From Terriglobia bacterium (GTDB taxonomy: Bacteria; Acidobacteriota; UBA6911): a stretch of DNA of 64,000 bases. Shown piece by piece: positions 48,128 to 58,392 of the stretch; position 1 is the first letter of the stretch; every line of letters starts with the position of its first letter. The translations under genes and the position numbers were made by a program. The notes below the pieces were generated by a model. It did not search any database and was not told the origin of the DNA. It saw nothing but the letters and a program-made list of their open reading frames with translations. The DNA lies in assembly GCA_963824985.1 (NCBI GenBank), contig CAWGRQ010000031.1, forward strand, positions 147,329 to 211,328, read 5' to 3'.

Positions 48128-50884
48128 ATGAGACTCAAGAGCGCTGTGGCAGCAATCATCATTGGCGTCGCCGGGCTGGCGTCGGTCGTCGGCGTGAAGG
48201 CGCAGAATCAGGGTCCGTTTAATGAGCGCCTGCTGTCGGCGTTCACCTATCGGAACCTGGGCCCGTTCCGGATGCAGGTGAGAATCGCCGACATCGCCGT
48301 CCCGGACGCCCCGGTCAAGGACCATCTCTACACGATCTACGTCGCCCCCTGGATCGGCGGCCTCTTCAAGACGACCAACAATGGCACCACATTCGAGTCC
48401 ATTTTTGACGGCCAGGACAACCTTTCGTTCGGCGATGTCACCGTGGCCCCCTCGAACAGCAACATCGTCTGGGTCGGCACGGGGGACGCGTACACCTCCC
48501 GCACCTCGTACGCCGGCGACGGCGTATACAAATCGACGGATGGCGGCAAAACCTGGAAGAACATGGGCCTGAAGGACTCGCACCATATTGCGCGCATCGT
48601 CATCCACCCCACGAATCCCGACATCGTCTGCGTCGCGACCATGGGCCACCTCTATTCCACGAACGAGGAGCGGGGGATCTTTAAAACGACAAATGGGGGC
48701 GCAACCTGGGAAAAGATCCTCTACATCAATGAGAAGGTGGGGGTCATCGATCTGATCCTGCACCCCCGGAATCCGGCCATCCTTTACGCCGCCACCTACG
48801 ATAAAGAGCGGCTCCCCTGGCAGATGGTCAATGGCGGCCCCGGGAGCGGCATCTATAAAACCCTCGACGCGGGACGCACCTGGAACAAACTCGGCGGAGG
48901 GCTCCCCACGGGGAAGATCGGCCGGATCGGCCTCGATATCTACCTCAAAAACCCGGAAATCCTCTACGCCGTAATCGAAAATGCAAACACGCGTACCACG
49001 CCCCTGGCGCCTCCGCCGGGCGCGCGCGGCACCGGCCAGGGAGGCGGGGCTCCGGGAAGAGTGGCGACGATTGGCGGCGAGGTCTATCGGACCGATAATG
49101 GCGGGCAGGACTGGAAGAAGATGAACGCCGATGACTACAACGTCAGCCCCAAGGGCCCCTACTATTTCAGCCAGATCCGCGTCGATCCCGCCAACGATCT
49201 GAACATCTTCGTCACCCAGGACGGGTTCCGGCACTCGATCGACGGCGGCAAGACCTGGGATGCGCCGCGAGTCTTCCCGCGGATGTTCGGCGATTTCCGA
49301 ACCCTCTGGTTCGATCCCGAGAATCCCAGCCGGCTGATCAGCGGAGGGGACGGCGGGATCGCCATTTCCTACGACGGAGGGGCGACCAGCGATGCCTACT
49401 CCAACATCCCGCTGGGGTCGGTCTACGCAATCGGCGTCGACATGGATGACCCATACAACGTCTATGCCGGACTCCAGGACCACGAGCACTGGAGAGGGCC
49501 GTCGAACGCCGCCTCGGGGAGAATCACCGAGCAGGACTGGTTCGCGCTCGGGAACGGCGACGGCATATTCACGCAGGTCGACCCGACCGACAGCCGCTGG
49601 CTTTACACCACCCGGCAGTACGGGGGCCACACCCGGTTAGACCAGAAGCTCGGATACACAACGAACATCGAACCCCGGCGGGCCGCGGGGCAGCCCCCCT
49701 ATCGCTTCCTCTGGGAGCCTCCCGTCCACATTTCCCCCCATGACAGCAAGGTCATCTACGCCGGCAGCCAGATTCTCCTCAAGTCGGTCGACCGGGGCGA
49801 CCACTGGACGGAGATCAGTCCGGATCTGAGCACCAACGACACCGCAAAGATCATGCCGGAGTCCGAAGGCGGCGTGCCGGGCGGCATCCCCTGGTTCGCA
49901 ATTTCGACGATTTCGGAATCGCCGATCACCGCGGGCCTCATCTGGTGCGGGACGAGCGATGGCAACATTCAGCTGACCCGGGATGGCGGCGCGACCTGGA
50001 CGGATGTGACGCCGCGCATCACCGCCCAGGGCGGGCGCAAGGACGCCTACGTCAGCCGGGTTCAGGCTTCCGCTCACGTGGCCGGGAGGGCCTACGTGAC
50101 CAAGAGCGGCTACAAGTTCGATGATTTCCGCCCCTTCATATATAAGACGGACGACTTCGGCGCGACCTGGACGTCGATCGTCGCCAACCTGCCGAACCAG
50201 CCGATCAACGTCGTCTTCGAAGATCTGAAAAATCCCAATCTGCTCTTCGTCGGAAATGATACGGGCGTCTTCGTATCCATCGATCGCGGTGCAAGCTGGG
50301 TGAAGATGAACAACGGCATTCCCAACATCCCGGTGAAGGATCTGCTCGTCCATCCGAGGGAGAACGACCTGGTCCTCGGCACCTATGGGCGCGGCCTCTA
50401 TATCACCAACATCGCGCCCCTGCAGGAGATGAACGGTGCGATGCTGGGCGAGGAGATCCACATGTTCGGGATCAAACCGACGGTCCAGAGAATCATCTGG
50501 TCGTTCGGTGCCAATGACTATCTGTTCGGCCAGCGTAACGTTCAGACACCCAACGAGCCGAACGGAATGGTGATCCGGTATTACCTGAAGAACCAGGGGA
50601 GCGGCAACGCCAATATCGTTATCACCGACGCCAAGGGGCAGGAAGTCGCAAAGCTTACGGGACAGACCGCGGCCGGCATCAACACCGTCGTCTGGACCAC
50701 ACGCCCCCAGGGGGCGGGACAGAGGCAGAGGCGCCGCGGGCGGGAATCCGCTCGATCAGTGGGCTCCGCATCGGGGAATACACGGTCACTCTGGATGTGG
50801 GCGGAAAGAAGTTCACACAGAAAGCGAGCATCACGAAAATGCAAGGCTGGTCGCATCGGCCCGGTACCACAGATCATCCGGTAG
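48128..50884 (+). CDS. BNR/Sortilin-VPS10-like beta-propeller glycosidase-like protein, C-terminal ~55 codons garbled
   Basis: GAGGAGG RBS and a signal peptide. Repeated SxDxGxTW motifs (STDGGKTWKN, TTNGGATWEK, LDAGRTWNK, SIDGGKTWDA, TRDGGATWTD). After about 50710 the sensible reading moves through the other two frames (GRGAAGGNPLDQWAP; EYTVTLDVGGKKFTQKASITKMQGW). It returns to the original frame before the stop. Confidence 0.8.
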   Translation: MRLKSAVAAIIIGVAGLASVVGVKAQNQGPFNERLLSAFTYRNLGPFRMQVRIADIAVPDAPVKDHLYTIYVAPWIGGLFKTTNNGTTFESIFDGQDNLSFGDVTVAPSNSNIVWVGTGDAYTSRTSYAGDGVYKSTDGGKTWKNMGLKDSHHIARIVIHPTNPDIVCVATMGHLYSTNEERGIFKTTNGGATWEKILYINEKVGVIDLILHPRNPAILYAATYDKERLPWQMVNGGPGSGIYKTLDAGRTWNKLGGGLPTGKIGRIGLDIYLKNPEILYAVIENANTRTTPLAPPPGARGTGQGGGAPGRVATIGGEVYRTDNGGQDWKKMNADDYNVSPKGPYYFSQIRVDPANDLNIFVTQDGFRHSIDGGKTWDAPRVFPRMFGDFRTLWFDPENPSRLISGGDGGIAISYDGGATSDAYSNIPLGSVYAIGVDMDDPYNVYAGLQDHEHWRGPSNAASGRITEQDWFALGNGDGIFTQVDPTDSRWLYTTRQYGGHTRLDQKLGYTTNIEPRRAAGQPPYRFLWEPPVHISPHDSKVIYAGSQILLKSVDRGDHWTEISPDLSTNDTAKIMPESEGGVPGGIPWFAISTISESPITAGLIWCGTSDGNIQLTRDGGATWTDVTPRITAQGGRKDAYVSRVQASAHVAGRAYVTKSGYKFDDFRPFIYKTDDFGATWTSIVANLPNQPINVVFEDLKNPNLLFVGNDTGVFVSIDRGASWVKMNNGIPNIPVKDLLVHPRENDLVLGTYGRGLYITNIAPLQEMNGAMLGEEIHMFGIKPTVQRIIWSFGANDYLFGQRNVQTPNEPNGMVIRYYLKNQGSGNANIVITDAKGQEVAKLTGQTAAGINTVVWTTRPQGAGQRQRRRGRESARSVGSASGNTRSLWMWAERSSHRKRASRKCKAGRIGPVPQIIR

Positions 50885-50901
50885 AAAGCCGGCATGCTCC
50901 G

Positions 50902-53252
50902 CTAAAACCTGCGCACCGCGCGGACCCGCCGGGGGTAATCCTTGTCGTCGTAATGCTGCCTGCGGCCATTGTCGGCAAAGTCCAGGTGATCCGCCATGTC
51001 CGCGGTGCGCTGGGTCGAGGACCAATAACTGTAGTTATCGGGGATATCACTGTTTCCGAAATCGCCGATCCCGGCGGCTTTCAGGTTGACGTACATCTGG
51101 GTCAGTTCATCAACGGAAGGCAGAAACCAGCCGCCCACGCCGTTCAGAGTGAAATTGGCGCATAACTCGGCGGCAGAACCGGGTGTTTCGCAGGCGGCCA
51201 GCATGTCGGCGGTATTCTGTTTCCCGGTGCCCACCGCACTGCCGCGCGCACCCGCAATCAACTGGCGGAAACAACCCCATTGGGCACCCGCGCTTTGATC
51301 GAACGGAGCGGCCTCCAGATATCGCCAGCCGTCGATCTTATAATTCGGGTTTACATGGAAGATCAGGCCGCCGGCCGGACCCGCATCCCCGAGGGCATAT
51401 TCTTCCTTCGACAACCACACGCTCATCTCCCCGGCTCCGCGGTTGGCCCACAAATAATACGGGATGAGTTTCACCGGTTTCGGTTCGGAAAGCGGATTGC
51501 TGATGCTCTTCGCCCTCGTGTCGATCACGGAAGCACCGCCATAAAACCGTTCATCAAAGGAAACCGCCAATTCACTCCCAGGATCAAACAGGAGCCCCAG
51601 CACGCGTCCCCCCTCAGCCTCAGGCCATTCGGCACAATAGACGATGGGCCCTCTCTCCACGGCCATCCTGCCCTTGTCTTCCCGAACCTTGGCATTCGCA
51701 ACCACCTTTCTGGCTGCGAAGGGGAACTCGATTGCGATCGCGTTTTCACCTTTCCAGATCCTTTTCAACGAGACATATCCGGATTTATCCGCGGCATAGA
51801 CAATGCTATCGCCGTTCACGGAAATGCGGACCGGTTCATCCCTCCGATCCAGATAGGAGTACAGATCTCCCGGGACCGGCCGGTTTCCGGCCCATCCGGG
51901 TATTCTCAATCTGATATCTGCCGCAACCCTTCTCCGGCCGATACCGTGATTCTTGATTTTCCGCCCCAGGGCATTTCGCTGTCGACGGACAGCGAGATTT
52001 CCTTTCCATTGACCTTGAATGTGGCCTCGCTCGACACGAAGAGATTCACATAAATCTCCTCTTTGCCCTGAGCGTAGATATAGCCGGGCATGGAAGCCAG
52101 AAACCTGACCAGATTGGGCGGACAGCATTCCAGTGAGGCTTTTTCCCACCGCAGGTCGCGCCCATCGCCGGCACTTGCCAGCCGGTTTACATAGAAGAAG
52201 CGGTCTCCCGCCGCGGATACTCCGGCCACGGCATTGTTGTACATCGTGCGTTCCATGACGTCGATGTACTGGCTCTCTCCGGTCGCCAGGAACAGCTTGT
52301 GATTGAACGTCGCGAACATGAAGGCCGCGCAGCTTTCGCTGTAAGCGGAGATATTGGGCAGCGAATACGGCCTCCCGAAACCTTCGTTCCCCGTGGAGCC
52401 GATGCCGCCGGTTATGTAATATTTCCTGCCCACGGCATCATGCCAGATACGCTGCGCCGCGCCGAGATATTCCCTGATCCCGGTGAGCACGCCCACATCC
52501 GCCAGTGACACCATCAGGGAGGCGTCGTTCACGGCGTGGCCCACGGCTTCATTCTGTTGCAGAACCGGCTTGTAGGATTGATTGTGCCGGCTCCGGTTCG
52601 CCGAGTTCTCCAGTCCGCGGATATCCAGATAGTACTTGGCCAGATCCAGATATCTCTTCTCGCGGGTGGCCCGATACAGCTGCACGCAATTGATGGCGTC
52701 CCGTTCACCCCCGGAAAATCGAGGCGGAGTCGATTTATAGGTGTCATAAAGCACGTCGGCGGATTTGATGGCGATATCCAGTAAGTCCCTCTTCCCGGTC
52801 GCGGCATACCAGGCCGCGGCCACTTCAAAGAGGCTGTTGTTGCCGGCCGGTTTCGCCCCCTGTGCGGCCTTGATCTCATTGATGCGCGCCTCGACCTGGG
52901 CCTGCAACCCGGCATCCGGGTGTGTCTGGAGCGAATAGATCGCCGCTTCCAGAACGTTATTGCTGACCGGCCTTCCGCTTTCCGCAAACTTCCTCATCTC
53001 GAAAGGAATCGTGACCTCGGCGTTGGTTCTGATTTTCGGTTTCCAGAAGTTGTCCTTCAGAGTCACTTCGGAAACGGGTTTCGCCTGTCGGGGATAATCC
53101 GGGTTGGGCGTGTATGCGGCCCCCGACAGTTTGATTTCGGTCTGGGTCCCGGAAGCGGTCTTCGCGGGCGAAGGCCTTTGGGCGACAGACAGCAGGCCGG
53201 CCGTGGCCGGAGCGGCTTTCAGAAAATCTCGACGGGGCATCCTGGCATTCAT
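50902..53252 (-). pseudogene. GH127 (beta-L-arabinofuranosidase-like, DUF1680) fused to a C-terminal DUF1566-like domain; one frameshift
   Basis: Tat-like signal RRDFLKAAPATAGLL. GH127 blocks (EAVGHAVNDASL, LECCPPNLVRFLASMPGYIY, LRIPGWAGNRPV, LIPYYLWANRGAGEMSVWL). Then GGLIFHVN...GGWFLPSVDELTQMY...YWSSTQ...VRAVRRF. The frame changes near 51920 (RITVSAGEG / VAADIRLRIPGW). Confidence 0.75.
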
Positions 53253-53333
53253 GGCATCTCCTCCGCTCGCATCTTAATATACGACCGGCAACCGGGCATC
53301 AAACAATTCGCCGACCGGCTCCAGGGGTGCATA

Positions 53334-53579
53334 ATCAGTTTCTGTCGCGAAACGCCGCATCCGGACCGGCCCAGCCCCGAAGGGGCGCCAAGAGAGTAGC
53401 CCCGGGCAAGCGGCAGCGCAGCCCGGGGTCAGGCCGGATAACATCGCGAAGCCCTGAAGGGGCGACAGAAAAAGCTTGCGATCAAAGATCTTCCGCCTCT
53501 TCCGGGGCTCGACAATATGCAACTTCCTACCGGGGGCTGGGTGCCGCGCGGCGAAAAAGGAGTTTCGCGATAGAAACCA
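53334..53579. mobile_element. MITE-like element with CAGTTTCTGTCGCGAAAC-type terminal inverted repeats, copy 1
   Basis: Left end ATCAGTTTCTGTCGCGAAAC. The reverse complement of the right end is ATTGGTTTCTATCGCGAAAC. Internal blocks are shared with 58393-58600 (TAGCCCCGGG, AGCCCTGAAGGGGCGACAGAAAA, CGGGGCTCG, ATATGCAACTTCCTACCGGGGGCT). Confidence 0.7.
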
Positions 53580-53806
53580 ATTAGGCAGGAAGTTTCAGGG
53601 CGCGGATGGAGACGGATCGCTCGGTGCGCAGGGCTTTTGCCGGCACCAGAGACCTTCCCTTATTCTCCCGCCAGGAGATGAATCGGGGGCTGGACCATGG
53701 ATTTCGATGCGCAACACCTGCTTAAAAGTCGGCGGAAGAAGACAGAAGGACCAAGCCTCGCTGGCGAAAGAGAAGATCCGGGAATATGCCTGCCACGGGC
53801 GGCAAT

Positions 53807-55264
53807 TTACCGCGATCCGGTCCCGAAACCGAACGGGCCTGAACGCCCGCCGCGCTCCTTTATCGCCTCCATCACCAGGCCCAGCGCCGTGTTCGTGGCA
53901 CGCCGCGCCGCGGGCTGCCCGCGCATGTGGCCCATGCGCACGACGACGAGCTGGTGCGACGGGACGATCCAGGTGTTCTGCCCGCCGGCGCCGGCTGCCA
54001 GATAGGTCTCCTTCGGCAGATTCCATCCGCCGTCGCCGTTAATCCAGAATAACCCGCCGTAGACCGGGGTTTTCCATGCCGGTGCGGGCGTGCTGACGAA
54101 TTTCGCCCAGCCCTCCGGCAGAATCCGTTGTCCCTGCCAGATCCCGTCCTGCAGATAAAGCAGGCCGATCCGCGCCCAGTTGCGTGCCGTCCCGTAATCG
54201 TAGCCGGTCATGAGGAAATTGCCGTAGGGATCGGTCTCGAGCACCTGGCGTCGAATCCCGATCCGATCGAAGAGCACGCGCTGCGGCCAGGTCAGGTACT
54301 CCTCGCCGCGTTTCTGCACGGCGAGCTTGATCAGGTAGCCGATGGTCAGCGGGTCGCAGTTGCGATACCTCCCGTCGGTATTCGGCGGGTACTCCGCCGG
54401 CCGGGTGATGGAATACTGGAACGAATCGATGGCGCCGGTGTAGATGTAATAATGATCGAGCACGGCCGCATTCGACGATTCCTGGTTGCCGACGAATTTA
54501 AGCCCGGCGCTCATGCGCAGCAGATCGATATTGCGGATCCTCGCACGCGGGTCTCCCGGCGTCTGCCACAGCGGCACCGGCGCCGGCTGTTCCAGCGTAT
54601 AAACGCCGTCCTTCACCAGCAGCCCGAACAGCGTGGAGGTGATGCTTTTTCCCATCGACCAGCTCTCGAGCTGGGTGTCTTTGGTAATACCCGGCAGGTA
54701 ACGCTCGGCAACGATATGCCCCTTGTAGACGACGAGGAAAGCAGCTGTAAGTGCGTTGGGATCGGCGAAGGCGGCATCCAGTGCGGCGTCAAGTTTCGCC
54801 TTGTCCACCTCCGGCGGCAGCGGCGTTGCATCCGGCCGATCTCCCATCGGCCATGGTTGCGATGCGGCATCTGGAAGCCTCGTCTTGACCGCGACCGGCT
54901 TGAAGTGGATCCCCGGTCCGTCCTGGGCCTGGATGATGCAGCCCTGGTCGCCATAGAATTTCGCCTCGCGGGTTATCCCGCCAAACGACGTCCGGACGAT
55001 TTTCAGGCCGCGATCGATCGTCCAGGCCACTTTGTCCTGTTCATTGCGCGGCATGAAAAAGTAGGCGCTGTTTTTCGCCGCTTCCGCCGGGTCGCGGCCG
55101 GACACGAACACGGCGGAGCAGAGGATTTTGGCGAAGCCATTGAGACCCTGTTCTGTGGGAGTGCCTTGAGGGGTCGGATAGTCCGGGGCGGACTGCCGGG
55201 CAAAAAGCGTTACGCAGGCGAAAACTGCACACAATAAAAGAGCTCGGAAGGTGCGCACGATCAT
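53807..55264 (-). CDS. Serine hydrolase, beta-lactamase/transpeptidase-like (S12 family)
   Basis: AGGAGG RBS and a signal peptide. SxxK present as SMGKS; YxN present as YRN. Confidence 0.8.
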   Translation of the reverse strand: MIVRTFRALLLCAVFACVTLFARQSAPDYPTPQGTPTEQGLNGFAKILCSAVFVSGRDPAEAAKNSAYFFMPRNEQDKVAWTIDRGLKIVRTSFGGITREAKFYGDQGCIIQAQDGPGIHFKPVAVKTRLPDAASQPWPMGDRPDATPLPPEVDKAKLDAALDAAFADPNALTAAFLVVYKGHIVAERYLPGITKDTQLESWSMGKSITSTLFGLLVKDGVYTLEQPAPVPLWQTPGDPRARIRNIDLLRMSAGLKFVGNQESSNAAVLDHYYIYTGAIDSFQYSITRPAEYPPNTDGRYRNCDPLTIGYLIKLAVQKRGEEYLTWPQRVLFDRIGIRRQVLETDPYGNFLMTGYDYGTARNWARIGLLYLQDGIWQGQRILPEGWAKFVSTPAPAWKTPVYGGLFWINGDGGWNLPKETYLAAGAGGQNTWIVPSHQLVVVRMGHMRGQPAARRATNTALGLVMEAIKERGGRSGPFGFGTGSR

Positions 55265-55371
55265 GCCTCCTGAACCGTATACGCTGATTTTGGCGTCCGG
55301 GTTTACCGGCGCCGAACTTTCCTGGTCCCAAGATGAGAGAATCCGCTTCCTATGTCAAGCCTGTACCCTCT

Positions 55372-56766
55372 TCACCGGATCACGTGCAGCGCGGTCTGAC
55401 GCCTGTCGATGAATGCCGGACCTGTTTTCGTGAACGCGGCATCCTGTTCGAGCGCGAAGGTGACCTCCTGGTTGCCCCACTCGGAGACATTCGCCCTGAC
55501 GTTCAGCTCGATCGAGTGGACGGTGTCCTCGTGGAGCGGGAAATCGCCGCGGCCGGGGACCGCTGCCTGAAGGTCCCATAAACCTATCGTCGGACCGGCC
55601 GCGTGGCCGTGAAGTCCAAGCGGGTGCGTGTAGATGCTGGGCTTCAGGGCCGCCGCTTTGGCCCGCGCGAGCGCCGCCAGCAGAATTTCGTTTCCGGTGC
55701 GGCCGGTTTTCATCTCGGCCAGGAGGATGTCCTGCAGCCGGTTCCCCTGCGCCAGCCCGTCCTTCAGCCCCTGCGGCGCGTCGTTCTCGCCGTCCTTGAG
55801 CACGTAGGCGAGTTGCTGGGTATCGGTGCACAGCCTCAGATACGTGATTCCAAAATCGCAATGGAGCATATCGCCCCGGTGGATGATCCGGCTCGACTGG
55901 TACGGACTCCCCTTCGGCCGCTGAATATCGACCGACGGATGGAACCAGTTGGACATCCCCAACTGTCTGGTCCGTTCCCGCAGCCACCAGACCACATCCT
56001 CCGTGGTGGTGACGCCGGGGGTGATCACCTCCCGGGAAAACGCCTTTTCGATGATCCCGTGGGCGATGGCGACAATCTGGGGATAGACTTCGAGTTCGTC
56101 GGACGAACGGCGCTCGAGCCAGCGGATCGCGAGACGCTCGGCCGATTGCAGGCGCGAGACGTATTCCGGCGCCAGAGCCGAGACAAGGTTCTTTTTCAGT
56201 GACGCCGTCAACCCGTCTCCATAGTTGAAAGTGTCGGATTCATTGATCCCGATCTTTTTCGGATTTCGCTCCTTGATGATTTCGCCGAGCCGCACCCATT
56301 GATCGATCTTGTCGGGATTCCAGACGCTCGTGTAGAACTGGCCGATGCCCGACCGGCTGACCGTGAGGCGCTCGATCCCCTCTTTGCCCCTGTCGAAGAA
56401 CACCAGCATCGAGGTGCGGCTGGCATAGAGCGAGGTGAACGGCACGAGGGAGAAAAAGACCGGATCTTCGTTGTTCTCCCGGCAGATGACGAGCCACATG
56501 TCGAAACCCTCGGCGCGCATCAGTTCGGGCAGGAGGCGCTCCAGCCGGTTCGTGAGCCAGCCGTTATAGACCGCGGCCTGCTCCCGCAGGGTCAGAATGG
56601 CAGGCAGGTCGCCCGGAACGGCGGCGGGACCGGCCGCGGCGCGGGTCTGCGCCGGCACGGCATCCGGGCCGGATGCCGTCAGGTGTGAGCCGGGCGTCAG
56701 GGTCGAGGCAAACATGCCGGAAAGGATGAGTACAATAAAACCTTTGGTACGTGCTGATGTCGACAT
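55372..56766 (-). CDS. M24-family metallopeptidase (Xaa-Pro aminopeptidase-like), secreted
   Basis: GGGAGGA RBS precedes the ATG at 56766. Signal segment FIVLILSGMFASTL. GDMLHCDFGITY, HPLGLHGHAAGPTIG and TFALEQD are pita-bread-fold metal-ligand blocks. Confidence 0.75.
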   Translation of the reverse strand: MSTSARTKGFIVLILSGMFASTLTPGSHLTASGPDAVPAQTRAAAGPAAVPGDLPAILTLREQAAVYNGWLTNRLERLLPELMRAEGFDMWLVICRENNEDPVFFSLVPFTSLYASRTSMLVFFDRGKEGIERLTVSRSGIGQFYTSVWNPDKIDQWVRLGEIIKERNPKKIGINESDTFNYGDGLTASLKKNLVSALAPEYVSRLQSAERLAIRWLERRSSDELEVYPQIVAIAHGIIEKAFSREVITPGVTTTEDVVWWLRERTRQLGMSNWFHPSVDIQRPKGSPYQSSRIIHRGDMLHCDFGITYLRLCTDTQQLAYVLKDGENDAPQGLKDGLAQGNRLQDILLAEMKTGRTGNEILLAALARAKAAALKPSIYTHPLGLHGHAAGPTIGLWDLQAAVPGRGDFPLHEDTVHSIELNVRANVSEWGNQEVTFALEQDAAFTKTGPAFIDRRQTALHVIR

Positions 56767-56945
56767 CGAACTTCCTCCCGAAAAAAGGCACGGTGTTCCT
56801 GGACCATGCGGTCCAATGCCCACTGTAAGTCTCAATTGCAAAACTGGCAAGGGGGTCCTATCTGTAGAATCCAGTTTTTGGATTAGCTTCGCCACACACA
56901 CAGTGCCTTTCTGGTGGAGATGTGGGGCATGGGATCGGACCACGC

Positions 56946-57215
56946 TTATTTAGGCATGGGGATCTGGAAGAAGAACAGCACGCGGTTGACAGCCCAGATC
57001 AGGTAGATAACCACGACACTTGAGACGAGCGCGGGTTCCAGGAAGCGCGAATAGAGCGGTCCGTGGCCCGAGCTGCGCGCGGCATGCTCCCGCTGCCCGG
57101 CCAGGATCGCATGGGCAAGACCGCGGATGCGCTCGGCGCTTCCGGCGTCGATGTCGTGAACGGAGAGTTTTCGGAGTGCGGCCTTCTCAAGCCCGGCTTC
57201 CGTTTCGTCAATCAT
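56946..57215 (-). CDS. Small single-TM protein in the anti-sigma position (putative anti-sigma factor)
   Basis: 89 aa. Start overlaps the sigma-factor stop (ATGA). One C-terminal TM helix (LVSSVVVIYLIWAVNRVLFFF). No zf-HC2 motif. Confidence 0.5.
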   Translation of the reverse strand: MIDETEAGLEKAALRKLSVHDIDAGSAERIRGLAHAILAGQREHAARSSGHGPLYSRFLEPALVSSVVVIYLIWAVNRVLFFFQIPMPK

Positions 57216-57829
57216 GACACCACCCTCCTCTCCCGGGGATTACCGGCATCGAAGGCCGGCTCTTTTCCGGCATCCGGCACCCGCGACTTCCGGATCTTCG
57301 CCGCCATCATTTCACGGGCGCGGGACAGCCGCTTGCGGAGAGCTGCCGGGTCCAGATCGCAGACCGCGGCGGCCTCGGACGGGGTCATCCCTTCCACGGC
57401 CACCAGCAGCAGCACCTCGCGGTAGTGCAGCGGGAGCGAAGCGAGCGCCTGTTCGATCCGTTTTTCGACCTCATCGCGCGCAACGGTTTCAAACGGCGAT
57501 GCCGGCGCCTCAACCCGGATGCGCAGCCTGGAATACTCGAGGATGCGTTGTGCGCTCAAAAACTTCGAGCGCCGATGGCTGCAATACAGATGGTGGGCCA
57601 CGGTAAAAAGCCAGGGCCCGAGCCTGGCCTCATCGCGCAGCGTGGACACGCGGGTCGCCAGCCGTATCCAGGTTTCCTGAAGCAGGTCCTCGGCTACGTC
57701 GCGGCGGCCGCTCAGGCGCACCAGGAATCCATAGAGACGCGCCCGGTATCGTTCGAACACTTCATCGAAAGCCGCGGCATCGAATTTCTTGAGACGAGCC
57801 ACAAGCTCCTGATCCGTGCAGTCTGTCAT
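57212..57829 (-). CDS. ECF-type RNA polymerase sigma-70 family factor
   Basis: AFDEVFERYRARLYGFLVRL and EDLLQETWIRL (region 2). LLVAVEGMTPSEAAAVCDLDPAALRKRLSRAR (region 4). Alternative start at 57853. Confidence 0.85.
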   Translation of the reverse strand: MTDCTDQELVARLKKFDAAAFDEVFERYRARLYGFLVRLSGRRDVAEDLLQETWIRLATRVSTLRDEARLGPWLFTVAHHLYCSHRRSKFLSAQRILEYSRLRIRVEAPASPFETVARDEVEKRIEQALASLPLHYREVLLLVAVEGMTPSEAAAVCDLDPAALRKRLSRAREMMAAKIRKSRVPDAGKEPAFDAGNPRERRVVS

Positions 57830-58005
57830 TACAGGTTCCCGTCCCGCGGGCACGCGCCGGGCACACCAAAGTCACACCTGGTAAGACGCTGAAAACGCGC
57901 CCGCGTGACAGAAATCCCGGCCGGCAGATGGTTCCGCGGCGGCTTTTGTCACGTCAAGGATTTCACAGCGTCATATCATTGAACAACAAAAACCGGAGGG
58001 AATCC

Positions 58006-58353
58006 ATGGACTTCACATTTTCAGGATTGGTTCACGTCACCGTGATCGTTCTGTTCAGCGTGGTTACGCTGTGGCTTTCTGTTTCCTTTGCCGTTCGCCC
58101 CGCGGACAAAAAGATTAGAATTATCCGGACCATGTCGTGGGCGACGCTCTTTTCCATCCTGGCGGGGATCGCGGCGGGCGTCGGAGCCACTGCCCTTAAC
58201 GTCTCGCTGACTGAAGGCGCCGGGGAGCAAAAGGATATTGTCGTGGTGATCACGAACGGGCTGGCGGAGGCGATGGTCCCGCCGGTGTTCGGGTTTGCAG
58301 TGCTCGCACTCAGCTGGATGCTGGCATCGGTCGGCCTGCGACGGCAGAGCTGA
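58006..58353 (+). CDS. Small 3-TM membrane protein (weak MotA/ExbB-like C-terminal resemblance)
   Basis: GGAGGG RBS precedes the ATG at 58006. NGLAEAMVPPVFGFAVLALSWMLA resembles the conserved ExbB/TolQ helix. Too short to be a full channel subunit. Confidence 0.5.
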   Translation: MDFTFSGLVHVTVIVLFSVVTLWLSVSFAVRPADKKIRIIRTMSWATLFSILAGIAAGVGATALNVSLTEGAGEQKDIVVVITNGLAEAMVPPVFGFAVLALSWMLASVGLRRQS

Positions 58354-58392
58354 ACCCCGTCACGGGATTGTATCTGCAGAATCTGGTCGTTC

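Noticed and set aside
50700-50884. Programmed ribosomal frameshifting as the explanation for the multi-frame C-terminus of the BNR/VPS10-like gene.
   Set aside because: Three shifts in the same direction within about 150 bp, without slippery heptamers or a downstream structure, do not fit known recoding. Indels, real or artefactual, are more parsimonious.
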